A stretch of DNA of 64,000 nucleotides from an uncultured Planctomycetota bacterium (GCA_963849325.1 CAWKHF010000006.1:608001-672000), one strand, 5' to 3'. Counted from the first letter of the stretch, positions 10,569-19,530 are shown. Numbers and translations are program-made. Notes: generated by a model not told the origin, from the letters alone.

Positions 10569-10773
10569 ATGACCTTATCCGTCGAGCGGATCTGCAACGA
10601 GCTGAACCGCAAAGGATTACTGCCCCCTCCGGAGATTCGCAATCTGCGGCAACGCTGGCTGCGCGAGGCCGGCACGTCCGCCGGCGATGCCGTCCTGTTC
10701 GGCAAGTGGCTGGCCCATCACGGCCATGTCACCGACTACCAAGCGGACGTGTTGCTCCGCTACCGCGATGATC
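10569..10773 (+). pseudogene. 5' fragment (copy 1) of the kinase at 15793
   Basis: MTLSVERICNELNRKGLLPP...TDYQADVLLRYRDDP aligns to the N-terminus of 15793..16863, then similarity stops. Confidence 0.85.
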
Positions 10774-10804
10774 CCGGCGCCTCGCGTGCGGTCACCTGGC
10801 ACTT

Positions 10805-11014
10805 TCACGACAAAAGGGCTTCGCGGAATGCCTGGAGGTCGGGACACTTGGCCGCGACTCCGTTTAAGTGTTTTAACTTCCTCACGTCGAGGATTTCGCG
10901 GAGGAGCCGGGTTATGTCTCGCGGCATGGTGCCGAAGCGGGCCTTCAGAGCTTCCTGGATGGCCTCGTGTAGATTTTCCGCGATCATCTTCTGGAGCAGC
11001 GGAGATTCGAACAT
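10805..11014 (-). CDS. Putative internally initiated 69-aa protein (RpnS-like) within family B copy 1
   Basis: GGAGG-aaaagaatcc-ATG in frame: MFESPLLQKMIAENL...EALLS. Confidence 0.55.
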   Translation of the reverse strand: MFESPLLQKMIAENLHEAIQEALKARFGTMPRDITRLLREILDVRKLKHLNGVAAKCPDLQAFREALLS

Positions 11015-11651
11015 GGATTCTTTTCCTCCAAGCAATCTCAACAACTCGGGATCCGGGAAGCGGAGTCCCATCAGCACCTGCGACACCGCCAGCAAATCGG
11101 CGCGATCTTTCGGATGGGCCTCGCGTTCGATCTTGTCGGCGCAGGCGCTCCAGCAGCGACTCCGGCGGGCCGTCGAAGTGCATCAGCGGCACCCAGGGCG
11201 TCACGCCAACGTCGCCCTGGGCTAGGAACTCCGCCGCGGACAGAGTCCACAATTCGACCGGCTTCCACTCGGCTTCCAGCCGCGACAGCCCCAGCTTGCT
11301 CCGCACGGCATGGCGGCCACTGATGCGAAAGCGGCCCTTGGGTCGCAGAACCAGCATCAGCAGTTCCGGCAAGTGGCCCAGCGTCTGGTACGACAACGTC
11401 AAATCGTCCAGCGCTTGCCGCAAAGCGCGTTTCTCCGAGTAGGTGGCGATCTCGATGAGGACGTAATGCGGCTTGTGTTGGCCGGCGAGATGCACACGCA
11501 GGAGTCCGTCGGGATACTTGCGGTTCTGCACGATCTCGCCGGGCATTAGCTCGATGCGGCGCACGTCCTTGAAGCCGCCGACGAGGAGGGCGCCTTTGCC
11601 CTGATGGTGCAGCAGCCACTTGCTGCCGATGTCAAAACGCTGCGGCGGCAT
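10805..11651 (-). CDS. Rpn-like PD-(D/E)XK protein, family B copy 1 (extra G at ~11145)
   Basis: Paralog of 13888..14733; KYPDGLL...VLIEIATY nuclease-like motif; tail ARFG...L.EI.D...L; the one-base difference from copy 2 restores the frame. Confidence 0.75.
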
Positions 11652-11757
11652 GGCAAACCTCCGTGTCTCTGCTTGATTAGACCGCCGGAGCGCGAGGAAG
11701 TCGAGAGCGTTTGCCAGGCATAGGCAAGAGAGCTAATAAGTATAAAGGAGAGTGTCC

Positions 11758-12684
11758 TTGCCCACCGATTACGACAGCCCGTGGAAGGAAGCGCTGGACG
11801 CTTACTTCGAGCCGTTCCTGGCGCTGTTGTTTCCGCAGGTACACCGGCAAGTCGATTGGTCGCGCGGCTACGAGTCGCTGGACAAGGAGTTCCAGCAAGT
11901 GGTGCGCGAGGCCGAGGTCGGCCGCCGTTACGTCGATAAGCTGGTCAAGGTGTGGACGAAGGAGGGCGTCGAGTGCTGGGTGCTGATCCACGTCGAAGTG
12001 CAGACGACGCGCGATGCCGAGTTTCCGCGACGCATGTACGTCTACAATTATCGCGTCTTCGACAGGTACAATAGGGCCGTGGCCAGCTTGGCCGTGTTGG
12101 CCGACGACGATACCGACTGGCGGCCGACGGATTTTTCCAGCAACCTATTCGGCTGCGAGGCCGGTATTCGCTTCCCGGCAGTGAAGCTGTTGGACCTCGC
12201 GGCTCACGAGGCCGTGCTGGAGGCGAGCAGCAATCCGTTCGCCCAAGTGGTGCTGGCCCATCTGAAGGCGCGGGAGACGCATGGCGATCCCGCCAGCCGG
12301 TGCGACTGGAAGATCCGCTTGGTGCGCAACCTGCTTGAGCGCGGCTTCACCCCGAAGGACGTGCGCGAGCTGTTCCGAGTCATTGACTGGCTCATGGAAT
12401 TGCCGCCGGCGCTGGAGCAGATTTTCTGGCAAGATATGGACAAGATCCAAAAGGAGAAACACATGCCATACGTCACAAGTATTGAGCGCGTCGAGCGCCG
12501 AATGGGAATGCGCGAGGGCATCGAAGGGCTGTTGCAGCTGCGCTTCGGCGAGGAAGGGCTTAAATTGATGCCCGAAATCAACGAGATTCACGAAGAAGAG
12601 ACCCTACGGGCAATCATCAAAGCCCTCGCCACAGCGGCTACTCTCGACGAAGTGCGTCGGCTGTGGTCGCCGGGAACTCCTTGA
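11758..12684 (+). CDS. Rpn (recombination-promoting nuclease/putative transposase)-like protein, family A copy 1
   Basis: DYDSPWKEAL, RYVDKLV...IHVEVQ, RMYVYNY (D..ExQ / RMxxY Rpn motifs); AAGGAG-7 nt-TTG start. Confidence 0.85.
   Translation: MPTDYDSPWKEALDAYFEPFLALLFPQVHRQVDWSRGYESLDKEFQQVVREAEVGRRYVDKLVKVWTKEGVECWVLIHVEVQTTRDAEFPRRMYVYNYRVFDRYNRAVASLAVLADDDTDWRPTDFSSNLFGCEAGIRFPAVKLLDLAAHEAVLEASSNPFAQVVLAHLKARETHGDPASRCDWKIRLVRNLLERGFTPKDVRELFRVIDWLMELPPALEQIFWQDMDKIQKEKHMPYVTSIERVERRMGMREGIEGLLQLRFGEEGLKLMPEINEIHEEETLRAIIKALATAATLDEVRRLWSPGTP
12463..12684 (+). CDS. Putative internally initiated 73-aa protein (RpnS-like) within family A copy 1
   Basis: AAGGAG-aaacac-ATG in frame: MPYVTSIER...WSPGTP. 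Confidence 0.55.
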   Translation: MPYVTSIERVERRMGMREGIEGLLQLRFGEEGLKLMPEINEIHEEETLRAIIKALATAATLDEVRRLWSPGTP

Positions 12685-12739
12685 GCCGGCTGCTGGAATC
12701 CGACGATGACATTCTTGGCAGCGCGAAAGGAGAGCGCCC

Positions 12740-13667
12740 TGGTCCACGGATTACGATAGTCCGTGGAAGGAAGCGCTGGATGCGTATTTCGAGCCGTTCC
12801 TGGCGCTGTTGTTCCCGCAGGTCCATCGCCAGATCGACTGGTCGCGCGGCTACGAGTCGCTGGACAAGGAGTTTCAGCAAGTGGTGCGCGAGGCCGAGGT
12901 CGGCCGCCGTTACGTCGATAAGCTGGTCAAGGTCTGGACGAAGGAGGGCGTCGAGTGCTGGGTGCTGATCCACGTCGAAGTGCAGACGACGCGCGACGCC
13001 GACTTCCCTCAGCGCATGTACGTCTACAATTACCGCGTCTTCGACCGTTACAATAGGGCCGTGGCCAGTTTGGCGGTGCTGGCCGACGACGATGCCGACT
13101 GGCGGCCGGCGGATTTTTCCAGCAACCTGTTCGGCTGTGAGGCCGGCATCCGCTTCCCGGTGATGAAGTTGTTGGACTTCGCGGCCCACGAGGCCACGTT
13201 GGAGGCAAGCAGCAACCCGTTCGCCCAAGTGGTGCTGGCCCATCTGAAGGCGCGGGAGACGCATGGCGATCCCGCCAGCCGGTGCGACTGGAAGATCCGC
13301 TTGGTGCGCAACCTGCTTGAGCGCGGCTTCACCCCGAAGGACGTGCGCGAGCTGTTCCGAGTCATTGACTGGCTCATGGAATTGCCGCCGCCGTTGGCGA
13401 CTGTGTTTCGGCAAGAGATCGAGAAAATGCAAGAGGAGAAACGTATGCCGTACATTACGAGTATTGAACGCTTTCGGGCTCCGCTGGGGAATGTGCCGCG
13501 GTATCGAAACGCTGTTGCATATGCGCTTCGGTGCGGAGGGGCTTAAGCTCATGCCCGAGATCCGCGAGATTCATGAAGAAGAGACGCTGGAAGCGATCCT
13601 CCAAGCCCTGGGAGCGGGGGTCAGCCTTGAGGACGTGCGCCGGGTATGGTTGCCGGGAACGCCTTGA
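12740..13667 (+). pseudogene. Rpn-like family A copy 2 (start TTG replaced by TGG; +1 C at ~13475)
   Basis: Near-identical to copies 1 and 3; the RBS is kept but the start codon is altered and the tail is frameshifted. Could be real decay or assembly error. Confidence 0.7.
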
Positions 13668-13693
13668 GCCGAACGTGAATGCGGGAGGATCCG

Positions 13694-13859
13694 ATGGCTT
13701 TATCCGTGGAGCGAATCTGCAACGAGTTGAACCGCAAGGGATTGTTGCCCCCTTCCCATATCCGCCATCTGCATCAGCGCTGGCTGCGCGAGGCCGGCGC
13801 GTCCGCCAGCGATGCCGTCCTGTCCGGCAAGTTGTTGGAGCACCACGGCCACGTCACCA
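13694..13859 (+). pseudogene. 5' fragment (copy 2) of the kinase at 15793
   Basis: MALSVERICNELNRKGLLPPSHIR...HHGHVT then similarity ends; upstream sequence nearly identical to 15767-15792. Confidence 0.85.
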
Positions 13860-13887
13860 CCTGCGACACCGCCAGCAAATCGGGGCG

Positions 13888-14097
13888 TCAGGCGAGCAGC
13901 GCTTCGCGGAATGCTTCCAGGTCGGGGCACTGCGCCGCGAGAACATTGAGCGCGGTTAACCTCTCCTCGTCGAGGATTTCGCGGAGCAGCCGCGTCACGT
14001 CCCGCGGCACGGAGCCGAAGCGGGCCTTCAGGACTTTCTCGATGGCCTTGTGCATCTTCTCCGCGAACCATTTCTGTAGCAGCGGCGATTCAAACAT
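13888..14097 (-). CDS. Putative internally initiated 69-aa protein within family B copy 2
   Basis: GGAGG-gcaacaggcc-ATG in frame: MFESPLLQKWFAEKM...EALLA. Confidence 0.55.
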   Translation of the reverse strand: MFESPLLQKWFAEKMHKAIEKVLKARFGSVPRDVTRLLREILDEERLTALNVLAAQCPDLEAFREALLA

Positions 14098-14733
14098 GGC
14101 CTGTTGCCCTCCAAAAATATCGGCCAGAAGCGGCAGGGGGAACTTCAACTCCCCGAACACCTGCGACACCACCAGCAAATCGACCCGATCCTTGGGATGG
14201 GCCTCGCGTTCGATCTTGTCGGCGCAGCGCTCCAGCAGCGACTCGGGCGGGCCGTCGAAGTGCATCAGCGGCACCCACGGCGTCACGCCGACGTCGCCTT
14301 GGGCCAGGAACTCCTCCGCGGACAGGGTCCACAGCTCGACCGGCTTCCACTCGGCCTCCAGCCGCGACAGCCCCAGCTTGCTCCGAACCTCATGCCGGCC
14401 ACTGATCCGGAACCTCCCCTTCGGTCGCAAAACCAGCATCAGCAGCTCCGGGAGGGAACCCAGCGTCTGGTACGATAACGTCAAATCGTCCAGCGCCTGC
14501 TGCAAGGCCCGCTCCTCCGGGTAGGTGGCGACCTCGATCAAGACGTGGTGCGGCTTCCGCTGGCCGGCGAGATAGACACGGAGAAGGCCATCGGGGTACT
14601 TGCGGTTCTGGACGATCTCGCCCGGCAACGGCTCGATGCGGCGCACGTCCTTGAAGCCGCCGACGAGGAGGGCGCCTTTGCCCTGATGGTGCAGCAGCCA
14701 CTTGCTGCCGATGTCAAAACGCTGCGGCGGCAT
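13888..14733 (-). CDS. Rpn-like PD-(D/E)XK protein, family B copy 2 (intact)
   Basis: 281 aa; RFDIGSKWLL, YPDGLL, LIEVATY, LWTL.AE, PWVPL; GGAGG RBS upstream. Confidence 0.8.
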   Translation of the reverse strand: MPPQRFDIGSKWLLHHQGKGALLVGGFKDVRRIEPLPGEIVQNRKYPDGLLRVYLAGQRKPHHVLIEVATYPEERALQQALDDLTLSYQTLGSLPELLMLVLRPKGRFRISGRHEVRSKLGLSRLEAEWKPVELWTLSAEEFLAQGDVGVTPWVPLMHFDGPPESLLERCADKIEREAHPKDRVDLLVVSQVFGELKFPLPLLADIFGGQQAMFESPLLQKWFAEKMHKAIEKVLKARFGSVPRDVTRLLREILDEERLTALNVLAAQCPDLEAFREALLA

Positions 14734-14839
14734 GGCAAACCTCCGTGTCTCTGCTTGATTAGACCGCCGGAGCGCGAGGAAGTCGAGAGCGTTTGCCAGG
14801 CATAGGCAAGAGAGCTAATAAGTATAAAGGAGAGTGTCC

Positions 14840-15766
14840 TTGCCCACCGATTACGACAGCCCGTGGAAGGAAGCGCTGGACGCTTACTTCGAGCCGTTCC
14901 TGGCGCTGTTGTTTCCGCAGGTACACCGGCAAGTCGATTGGTCGCGCGGCTACGAGTCGCTGGACAAGGAGTTTCAGCAAGTGGTGCGCGAGGCCGAGGT
15001 CGGCCGCCGTTACGTCGATAAGCTGGTCAAGGTGTGGACGAAGGAGGGCGTCGAGTGCTGGGTGCTGATCCACGTCGAAGTGCAGACGACGCGCGACGCC
15101 GAGTTTCCGCGACGCATGTACGTCTACAATTACCGCGTCTTCGACCGTTACAATAGGCCGGTAGCCAGCCTCGCCGTGTTGGCCGACGACGATGCCGACT
15201 GGCGGCCGACGGAATTTTCCAGCAATCTGTTCGGCTGCGAGGCCGGCATCCGCTTTCCGGCGGTGAAGCTGCTGGACTTCGCGGCCCACGAGGCCATGTT
15301 GGAGGCGAGCAGCAATCCATTCGCCCAGGTGATGCTGGCTCATCTGAAAGCACGGGAGACGCATGGCGATCCCGCCAGCCGGTGCGACTGGAAGATCCGC
15401 TTGGTGCGCAACCTGCTTGAGCGCAGTTTCACCCCGAAGGACGTGCGCGAGCTGTTCCGAGTTATTGACTGGCTCATGGAATTGCCGCCGCCGTTGGCGA
15501 CTGTGTTTCGGCAAGAGATCGAGAAAATGCAAGAGGAGAAACGTATGCCCTACATTACGAGTATTGAACGCTTTGGGCTCCGCCGGGGAATGTGCCGCGG
15601 TATCGAAACGCTATTGCATATGCGCTTCGGTGCGGAGGGGCTTAAGCTCATGCCCGAGATCCGCGAGATTCATGAAGAAGAGACGCTGGAAGCGATCCTC
15701 CAAGCCCTGGGAGCGGGGGTCAGCCTTGAGGACGTGCGCCGGGTATGGTTGCCGGGAACGCCTTGA
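14840..15766 (+). CDS. Rpn-like protein, family A copy 3 (intact)
   Basis: Same motifs as copy 1; upstream intergenic region identical to 11652-11757. Confidence 0.85.
   Translation: MPTDYDSPWKEALDAYFEPFLALLFPQVHRQVDWSRGYESLDKEFQQVVREAEVGRRYVDKLVKVWTKEGVECWVLIHVEVQTTRDAEFPRRMYVYNYRVFDRYNRPVASLAVLADDDADWRPTEFSSNLFGCEAGIRFPAVKLLDFAAHEAMLEASSNPFAQVMLAHLKARETHGDPASRCDWKIRLVRNLLERSFTPKDVRELFRVIDWLMELPPPLATVFRQEIEKMQEEKRMPYITSIERFGLRRGMCRGIETLLHMRFGAEGLKLMPEIREIHEEETLEAILQALGAGVSLEDVRRVWLPGTP
15545..15766 (+). CDS. Putative internally initiated 73-aa protein within family A copy 3
   Basis: GAGGAG-aaacgt-ATG in frame: MPYITSIER...WLPGTP. Confidence 0.55.
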   Translation: MPYITSIERFGLRRGMCRGIETLLHMRFGAEGLKLMPEIREIHEEETLEAILQALGAGVSLEDVRRVWLPGTP

Positions 15767-15792
15767 GCCGGACGTGAATGCGGGAGGATCCG

Positions 15793-16863
15793 ATGGCTTT
15801 ATCCGTGGAGCGAATCTGCAACGAGCTGAACCGCAAGGGATTGTTGCCCCCTTCCCATATCCGCAATCTGCGTCAACGCTGGCTGCGCGAGGCCGGCGCG
15901 ACGGCGGGCGATCACGTCTCGTTCGTCAAGTGGCTCGTGCATCAGCGCCAGATCACCGACTACCAGGCGGACGTGCTGCTCCGCCGCCGCGAGGATCCCC
16001 TCGTCCTCGGATCGTACAAGTTGCGCGGACGCATCGGCCGCGGCCCCATGGCCGGCGTCTACGAGGCCGTCCATCCGCAAGGGCAGGCCGTCGCCATCAA
16101 GGTGCTGCCGCCGGCACGGGCGGCGGACCCGACGGTGCTGGCCCGCTTCCAGCGTGAAGCCCGCCTCTCCGGGCGTCTGCAGCACCCCAACGTCATCCGC
16201 ACCTTCGAGGCGGGCGAGCACCACGGCACCCATTTCCTGGTGATGGAACTCCTTCGCGGTGAGACACTGAAGGACGTTCTGCTGCGGCGCGGCCGACTGC
16301 CCGCGCCGGAAGCGGTTCGGTTGATCTACCAGGCGCTGCTGGGACTGCAGCACGTCCACGAGCAGGGGCTGATTCACCGCGATCTGGAACCGGCCAACCT
16401 GATGCTGGTGCCGGGCAGCGCGAGTCCGGCGGACACCACGCTCGGCAGCACGGTGAAGATCCTCGACATCGGCCTGGGACGCGCCCTGTTCGATGCCGGG
16501 TCGCCGGAAGGCGGTCCCGTCAACCTCACCCGTTCGAGCGATCAACTCGGCACACCGTTGTACTGCTCGCCGGAGCAGTCGAAGGATCCGCGACAGGCCG
16601 ACGTTCGCTCGGACATCTACAGTCTGGGGTGCGTCCTGCACCACGCGCTCGCCGGCCAACCTCCCTTCGAGGATCTCGGTCCGATCCGGCTCGTGCTCAG
16701 TCACGCCAGCGAACCGCCGCCCCGCCTGGCAACCCTGAATCTCCGCCTGCCTCCCGGACTCCAAGAGGTCATGGACATCATGCTGGCCAAGGATCCAGCC
16801 CTCCGCTTTCCGACGCCCGGCCAGGCCGCGCAGGAATTGCGACCGTTCCTGATGCTGAAATGA
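15793..16863 (+). CDS. Cytoplasmic Ser/Thr kinase (somewhat degenerate motifs)
   Basis: IGRGPMAGV, VAIK, HRDLEPAN (K>E), DIG, GTPLYCSPE, DIYSLG; GGAGG RBS. Confidence 0.88.
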   Translation: MALSVERICNELNRKGLLPPSHIRNLRQRWLREAGATAGDHVSFVKWLVHQRQITDYQADVLLRRREDPLVLGSYKLRGRIGRGPMAGVYEAVHPQGQAVAIKVLPPARAADPTVLARFQREARLSGRLQHPNVIRTFEAGEHHGTHFLVMELLRGETLKDVLLRRGRLPAPEAVRLIYQALLGLQHVHEQGLIHRDLEPANLMLVPGSASPADTTLGSTVKILDIGLGRALFDAGSPEGGPVNLTRSSDQLGTPLYCSPEQSKDPRQADVRSDIYSLGCVLHHALAGQPPFEDLGPIRLVLSHASEPPPRLATLNLRLPPGLQEVMDIMLAKDPALRFPTPGQAAQELRPFLMLK

Positions 16864-17004
16864 GTGTCCTCATCCGTCCGGGTTGGCAAGTGGGGCTGCG
16901 GCAAGGAGAGGAGTGCCGTTGAGCTTGACTCCCTTCAACCCCTCTCCTACAAATGATCTATTATAATGCGATGGCCTTCTCCTCACATCTCCACGGAGGA
17001 TCGC

Positions 17005-17535
17005 ATGCGTGTTGCAACTCCATTGGCTCTCGCTCTTGTGTGTACTCCGGCCCTCGGCCGGGAGGCCGCCGAATCCAAGCCGTTCAACATTCTCGTTCAG
17101 CGCGAAAAGACGGCGGACAGTCTGATCGTCGGGAAGCTGTCGGTCAATGGCGAGGAAATCGGTCCCTGTTACGAGAAGGCCGCGAAGCACGTTCCGGCGG
17201 GAAAATACAAGGCCCATCTGCGCTACCAGTCCGGGAAGAACCACGTTCAAGGCCCGGGAGGAAAGCTCGGCAAGAAGGGCGACTTCCTCATCGAACTGGA
17301 CGATTTCACAGACAGGACGGGAAAGAAATGGAGCGTCGTACAGTTTCACGCAGGCAACAAGGCTGAGCACTCCGATGGCTGCATCCTCGGCGGCGCGGCG
17401 ACGAAGGATCGGAAGACCGGCGCGTGGATCGCTCCCGAGACGCTGCGGAAGATGCGTCTGCTTTTTTACGACGGCAAGGACAACCCGTCGGGCACGCCGG
17501 ACAAGGTGATTACGGTCGAAGTGAAAGACCCCTGA
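17005..17535 (+). CDS. Secreted DUF5675 / L,D-transpeptidase-like protein
   Basis: Signal peptide; G.L.VNG, PAGKY, QFHAGN...HSDGCIL (His/Cys dyad motif). Confidence 0.6.
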   Translation: MRVATPLALALVCTPALGREAAESKPFNILVQREKTADSLIVGKLSVNGEEIGPCYEKAAKHVPAGKYKAHLRYQSGKNHVQGPGGKLGKKGDFLIELDDFTDRTGKKWSVVQFHAGNKAEHSDGCILGGAATKDRKTGAWIAPETLRKMRLLFYDGKDNPSGTPDKVITVEVKDP

Positions 17536-17657
17536 TCCTCATTCCTCGTGGAGAAACCCGTTAAGGTCTTTCCAGTCTCCGGACACTTTTCCCTTTTCCC
17601 CGTTTCGCCCCGGAATGCAGGCAGCGATCCCCTCCGGTCTCCGAGCGAGGGCGAGTC

Positions 17658-19082
17658 ATGGCCTATCAAACGACGATCCGCGGCGAACATTTTTCCTTCG
17701 CCGACCTGCGCGACGTGTTCGCGCGGGCCAACGAGGAGAAGTCCGGCGATCGCCTCGCCGGCCTGGCGGCACAGTCCGAGCGCCAGCGCGTCGCCGCCAA
17801 GATGGTCCTCGCCGATGTCCCGCTCGGCGACATTGTCGATCGCCCGCTTCTGGACCCCGACCAGGACGACGTCAGCCGCTTCCTCCTCGACACGCTCGAC
17901 GGCGAGGCATTCCGTCCGTTGCGGAGTATGACCGTCGGCGATTTCCGCGAATACCTGCTGGACGACGCGGTCGGCGAGGAGGAGATCCGTGCGCTGCAGC
18001 GAGCGATCCACCCCGACGTGGCAGCGGCGACGGCCAAGCTGATGGGCAACAAAGACCTCGTGCTGGCCGCGAGCAAGGTCCGCAACGTCACGCGCTGCCG
18101 CAACACGATGGGCCAACGCGGCGTACTCGGGGTCCGTGTGCAGCCCAATCATCCCGCCGACGACCTTGGCGGGATTCTGCTGGCGACGGTGGACGGCTTG
18201 CTGTACGGCTGCGGCGACGCCGTGCTTGGCGTCAACCCGGCCACGGAATCGGTCGAGACGGTGGCCGCCATCCTGCGCGGCCTGGACCGTCTCATCGAGA
18301 CGTTCGCGGTGCCGACGCAGGCGTGCTGCCTGGCCCACATCACAACGCAGCTCGCCGCCCTGGAGCGCGGCGCCCCGGTGGATCTGCTGTTTCAGTCGAT
18401 CGCCGGCACGCAGGCCGCCAACGCCGCCTTCGGTGTCAGCCTGTCGCTGCTGCGCGAAGGACGCCAGCGTGTGCGGGAAAGCCACCGCCGGCGAGACGTC
18501 GCCTGGGTCGGCGACGATGTGATGTACTTCGAGACCGGCCAGGGCAGTGCCCTGTCCGCCGACGCCCATCACGGCATCGATCAGCTGACGCTGGAGGCGC
18601 GGGCCTACGGCGTGGCTCGCGCCTTCGGGCCGTTCCTGGTCAACAGTGTCGTCGGCTTCATCGGCCCGGAGTATCTCTACGACGAGCGGCAGATTATTCG
18701 CGCCGGTCTGGAGGACCACTTCCTGGGCAAGCTGCTTGGCCTGCCGATGGGCGTGGACGTCTGTTACACCAATCACGCGGCGGCCGATCAGAACTCGGCG
18801 GACAATCTGTTGCTCTTGTTGGCGGCAGCGGGATGCAATTATGTCATGGGCGTGCCCTGCGCCGACGATGTGATGCTCAACTACCAGTCCACCAGCTATC
18901 ACGACGCCGCCAGCGTGCGCCAGGTGCTGGGACTGCGGCCGGCGCCGGAGTTTCTGGCGTGGCTGGAGGAGCGCGGCCTCTTCCGCGAGGGTCGGCTGGC
19001 GCACGGCGAGGAGGTGGGCAGGATACGCTTACTGGAAGGGATTGAGAGACTGCTGGAATATCAGGCCGGAGGCGTCCGATGA
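17658..19082 (+). CDS. eutB: Ethanolamine ammonia-lyase large subunit
   Basis: KSGD.LAG, RVQPNHP.DD, GDAVLGVNPA, DLLFQSIAGT, YFETGQGSALSA, VVGFIGPEYLY, DVMLNYQSTSYHD. Confidence 0.97.
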   Translation: MAYQTTIRGEHFSFADLRDVFARANEEKSGDRLAGLAAQSERQRVAAKMVLADVPLGDIVDRPLLDPDQDDVSRFLLDTLDGEAFRPLRSMTVGDFREYLLDDAVGEEEIRALQRAIHPDVAAATAKLMGNKDLVLAASKVRNVTRCRNTMGQRGVLGVRVQPNHPADDLGGILLATVDGLLYGCGDAVLGVNPATESVETVAAILRGLDRLIETFAVPTQACCLAHITTQLAALERGAPVDLLFQSIAGTQAANAAFGVSLSLLREGRQRVRESHRRRDVAWVGDDVMYFETGQGSALSADAHHGIDQLTLEARAYGVARAFGPFLVNSVVGFIGPEYLYDERQIIRAGLEDHFLGKLLGLPMGVDVCYTNHAAADQNSADNLLLLLAAAGCNYVMGVPCADDVMLNYQSTSYHDAASVRQVLGLRPAPEFLAWLEERGLFREGRLAHGEEVGRIRLLEGIERLLEYQAGGVR

Positions 19083-19276
19083 AGGTGCGCGAGGTCATCA
19101 AGATCCTGCGGACGGACGGCTGGATCCAGATAACGACACGCGGCAGCCATCGCCAATTCAAGCATCCCACCAAGTCCGGTAAAGTGACCGTGGCAGGGAA
19201 GCCTTCCGTGGATATACCACCGGGCACGCTCAACAGCATCCTCAAACAGGCCGGATTGAAAGAAGGTGAACTATGA
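19079..19276 (+). CDS. hicA: HicA family mRNA interferase toxin
   Basis: 65 aa, L...GW...RGSHRQFKHP...GKVTV...DIPPGTLNSILKQAG. Confidence 0.93.
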   Translation: MKVREVIKILRTDGWIQITTRGSHRQFKHPTKSGKVTVAGKPSVDIPPGTLNSILKQAGLKEGEL

Positions 19277-19530
19277 CGGCGAAATATACGGTGCTGATCG
19301 AAAAAGGAGAGCGGAGCTATGGGGCATACGTCCCGGACTTACCGGGATGCGTTGCCGCCGGCAAAACTCGGGGGGAAGTGGAACAGTTGATCCGCGAGGC
19401 GATCGAGTTTCACATCGAAGGCATGCTGCGCGGCGGGGATGCGGTTCCCGAAGCGACGACGCGGTACTGCGAGGTCGAAATCGACATGGACCGGATCGCG
19501 GCCCTCGCCAAAGAGGAGGCAAAGTCCTGA
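19273..19530 (+). CDS. hicB: HicB family antitoxin
   Basis: Y.VLIE...YGAYVPDLPGCVAAG.T..EV...IREAIEFHIE. Confidence 0.92.
   Translation: MTAKYTVLIEKGERSYGAYVPDLPGCVAAGKTRGEVEQLIREAIEFHIEGMLRGGDAVPEATTRYCEVEIDMDRIAALAKEEAKS

Noticed and set aside
10805-15766. Rpn-like genes as insertion sequences
   Set aside because: No terminal inverted repeats or short target duplications around individual genes; motifs are PD-(D/E)XK-type, not DDE or HUH.
7850-17000. Complete DGR or retron in the window
   Set aside because: No reverse transcriptase motifs and no template repeat matching the FGE C-terminus were seen.
17536-17657. Cobalamin riboswitch upstream of B12-dependent eutBC
   Set aside because: The leader is only ~120 nt and I could not find a convincing B12-box or core structure by eye. 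A covariance-model search would be needed.
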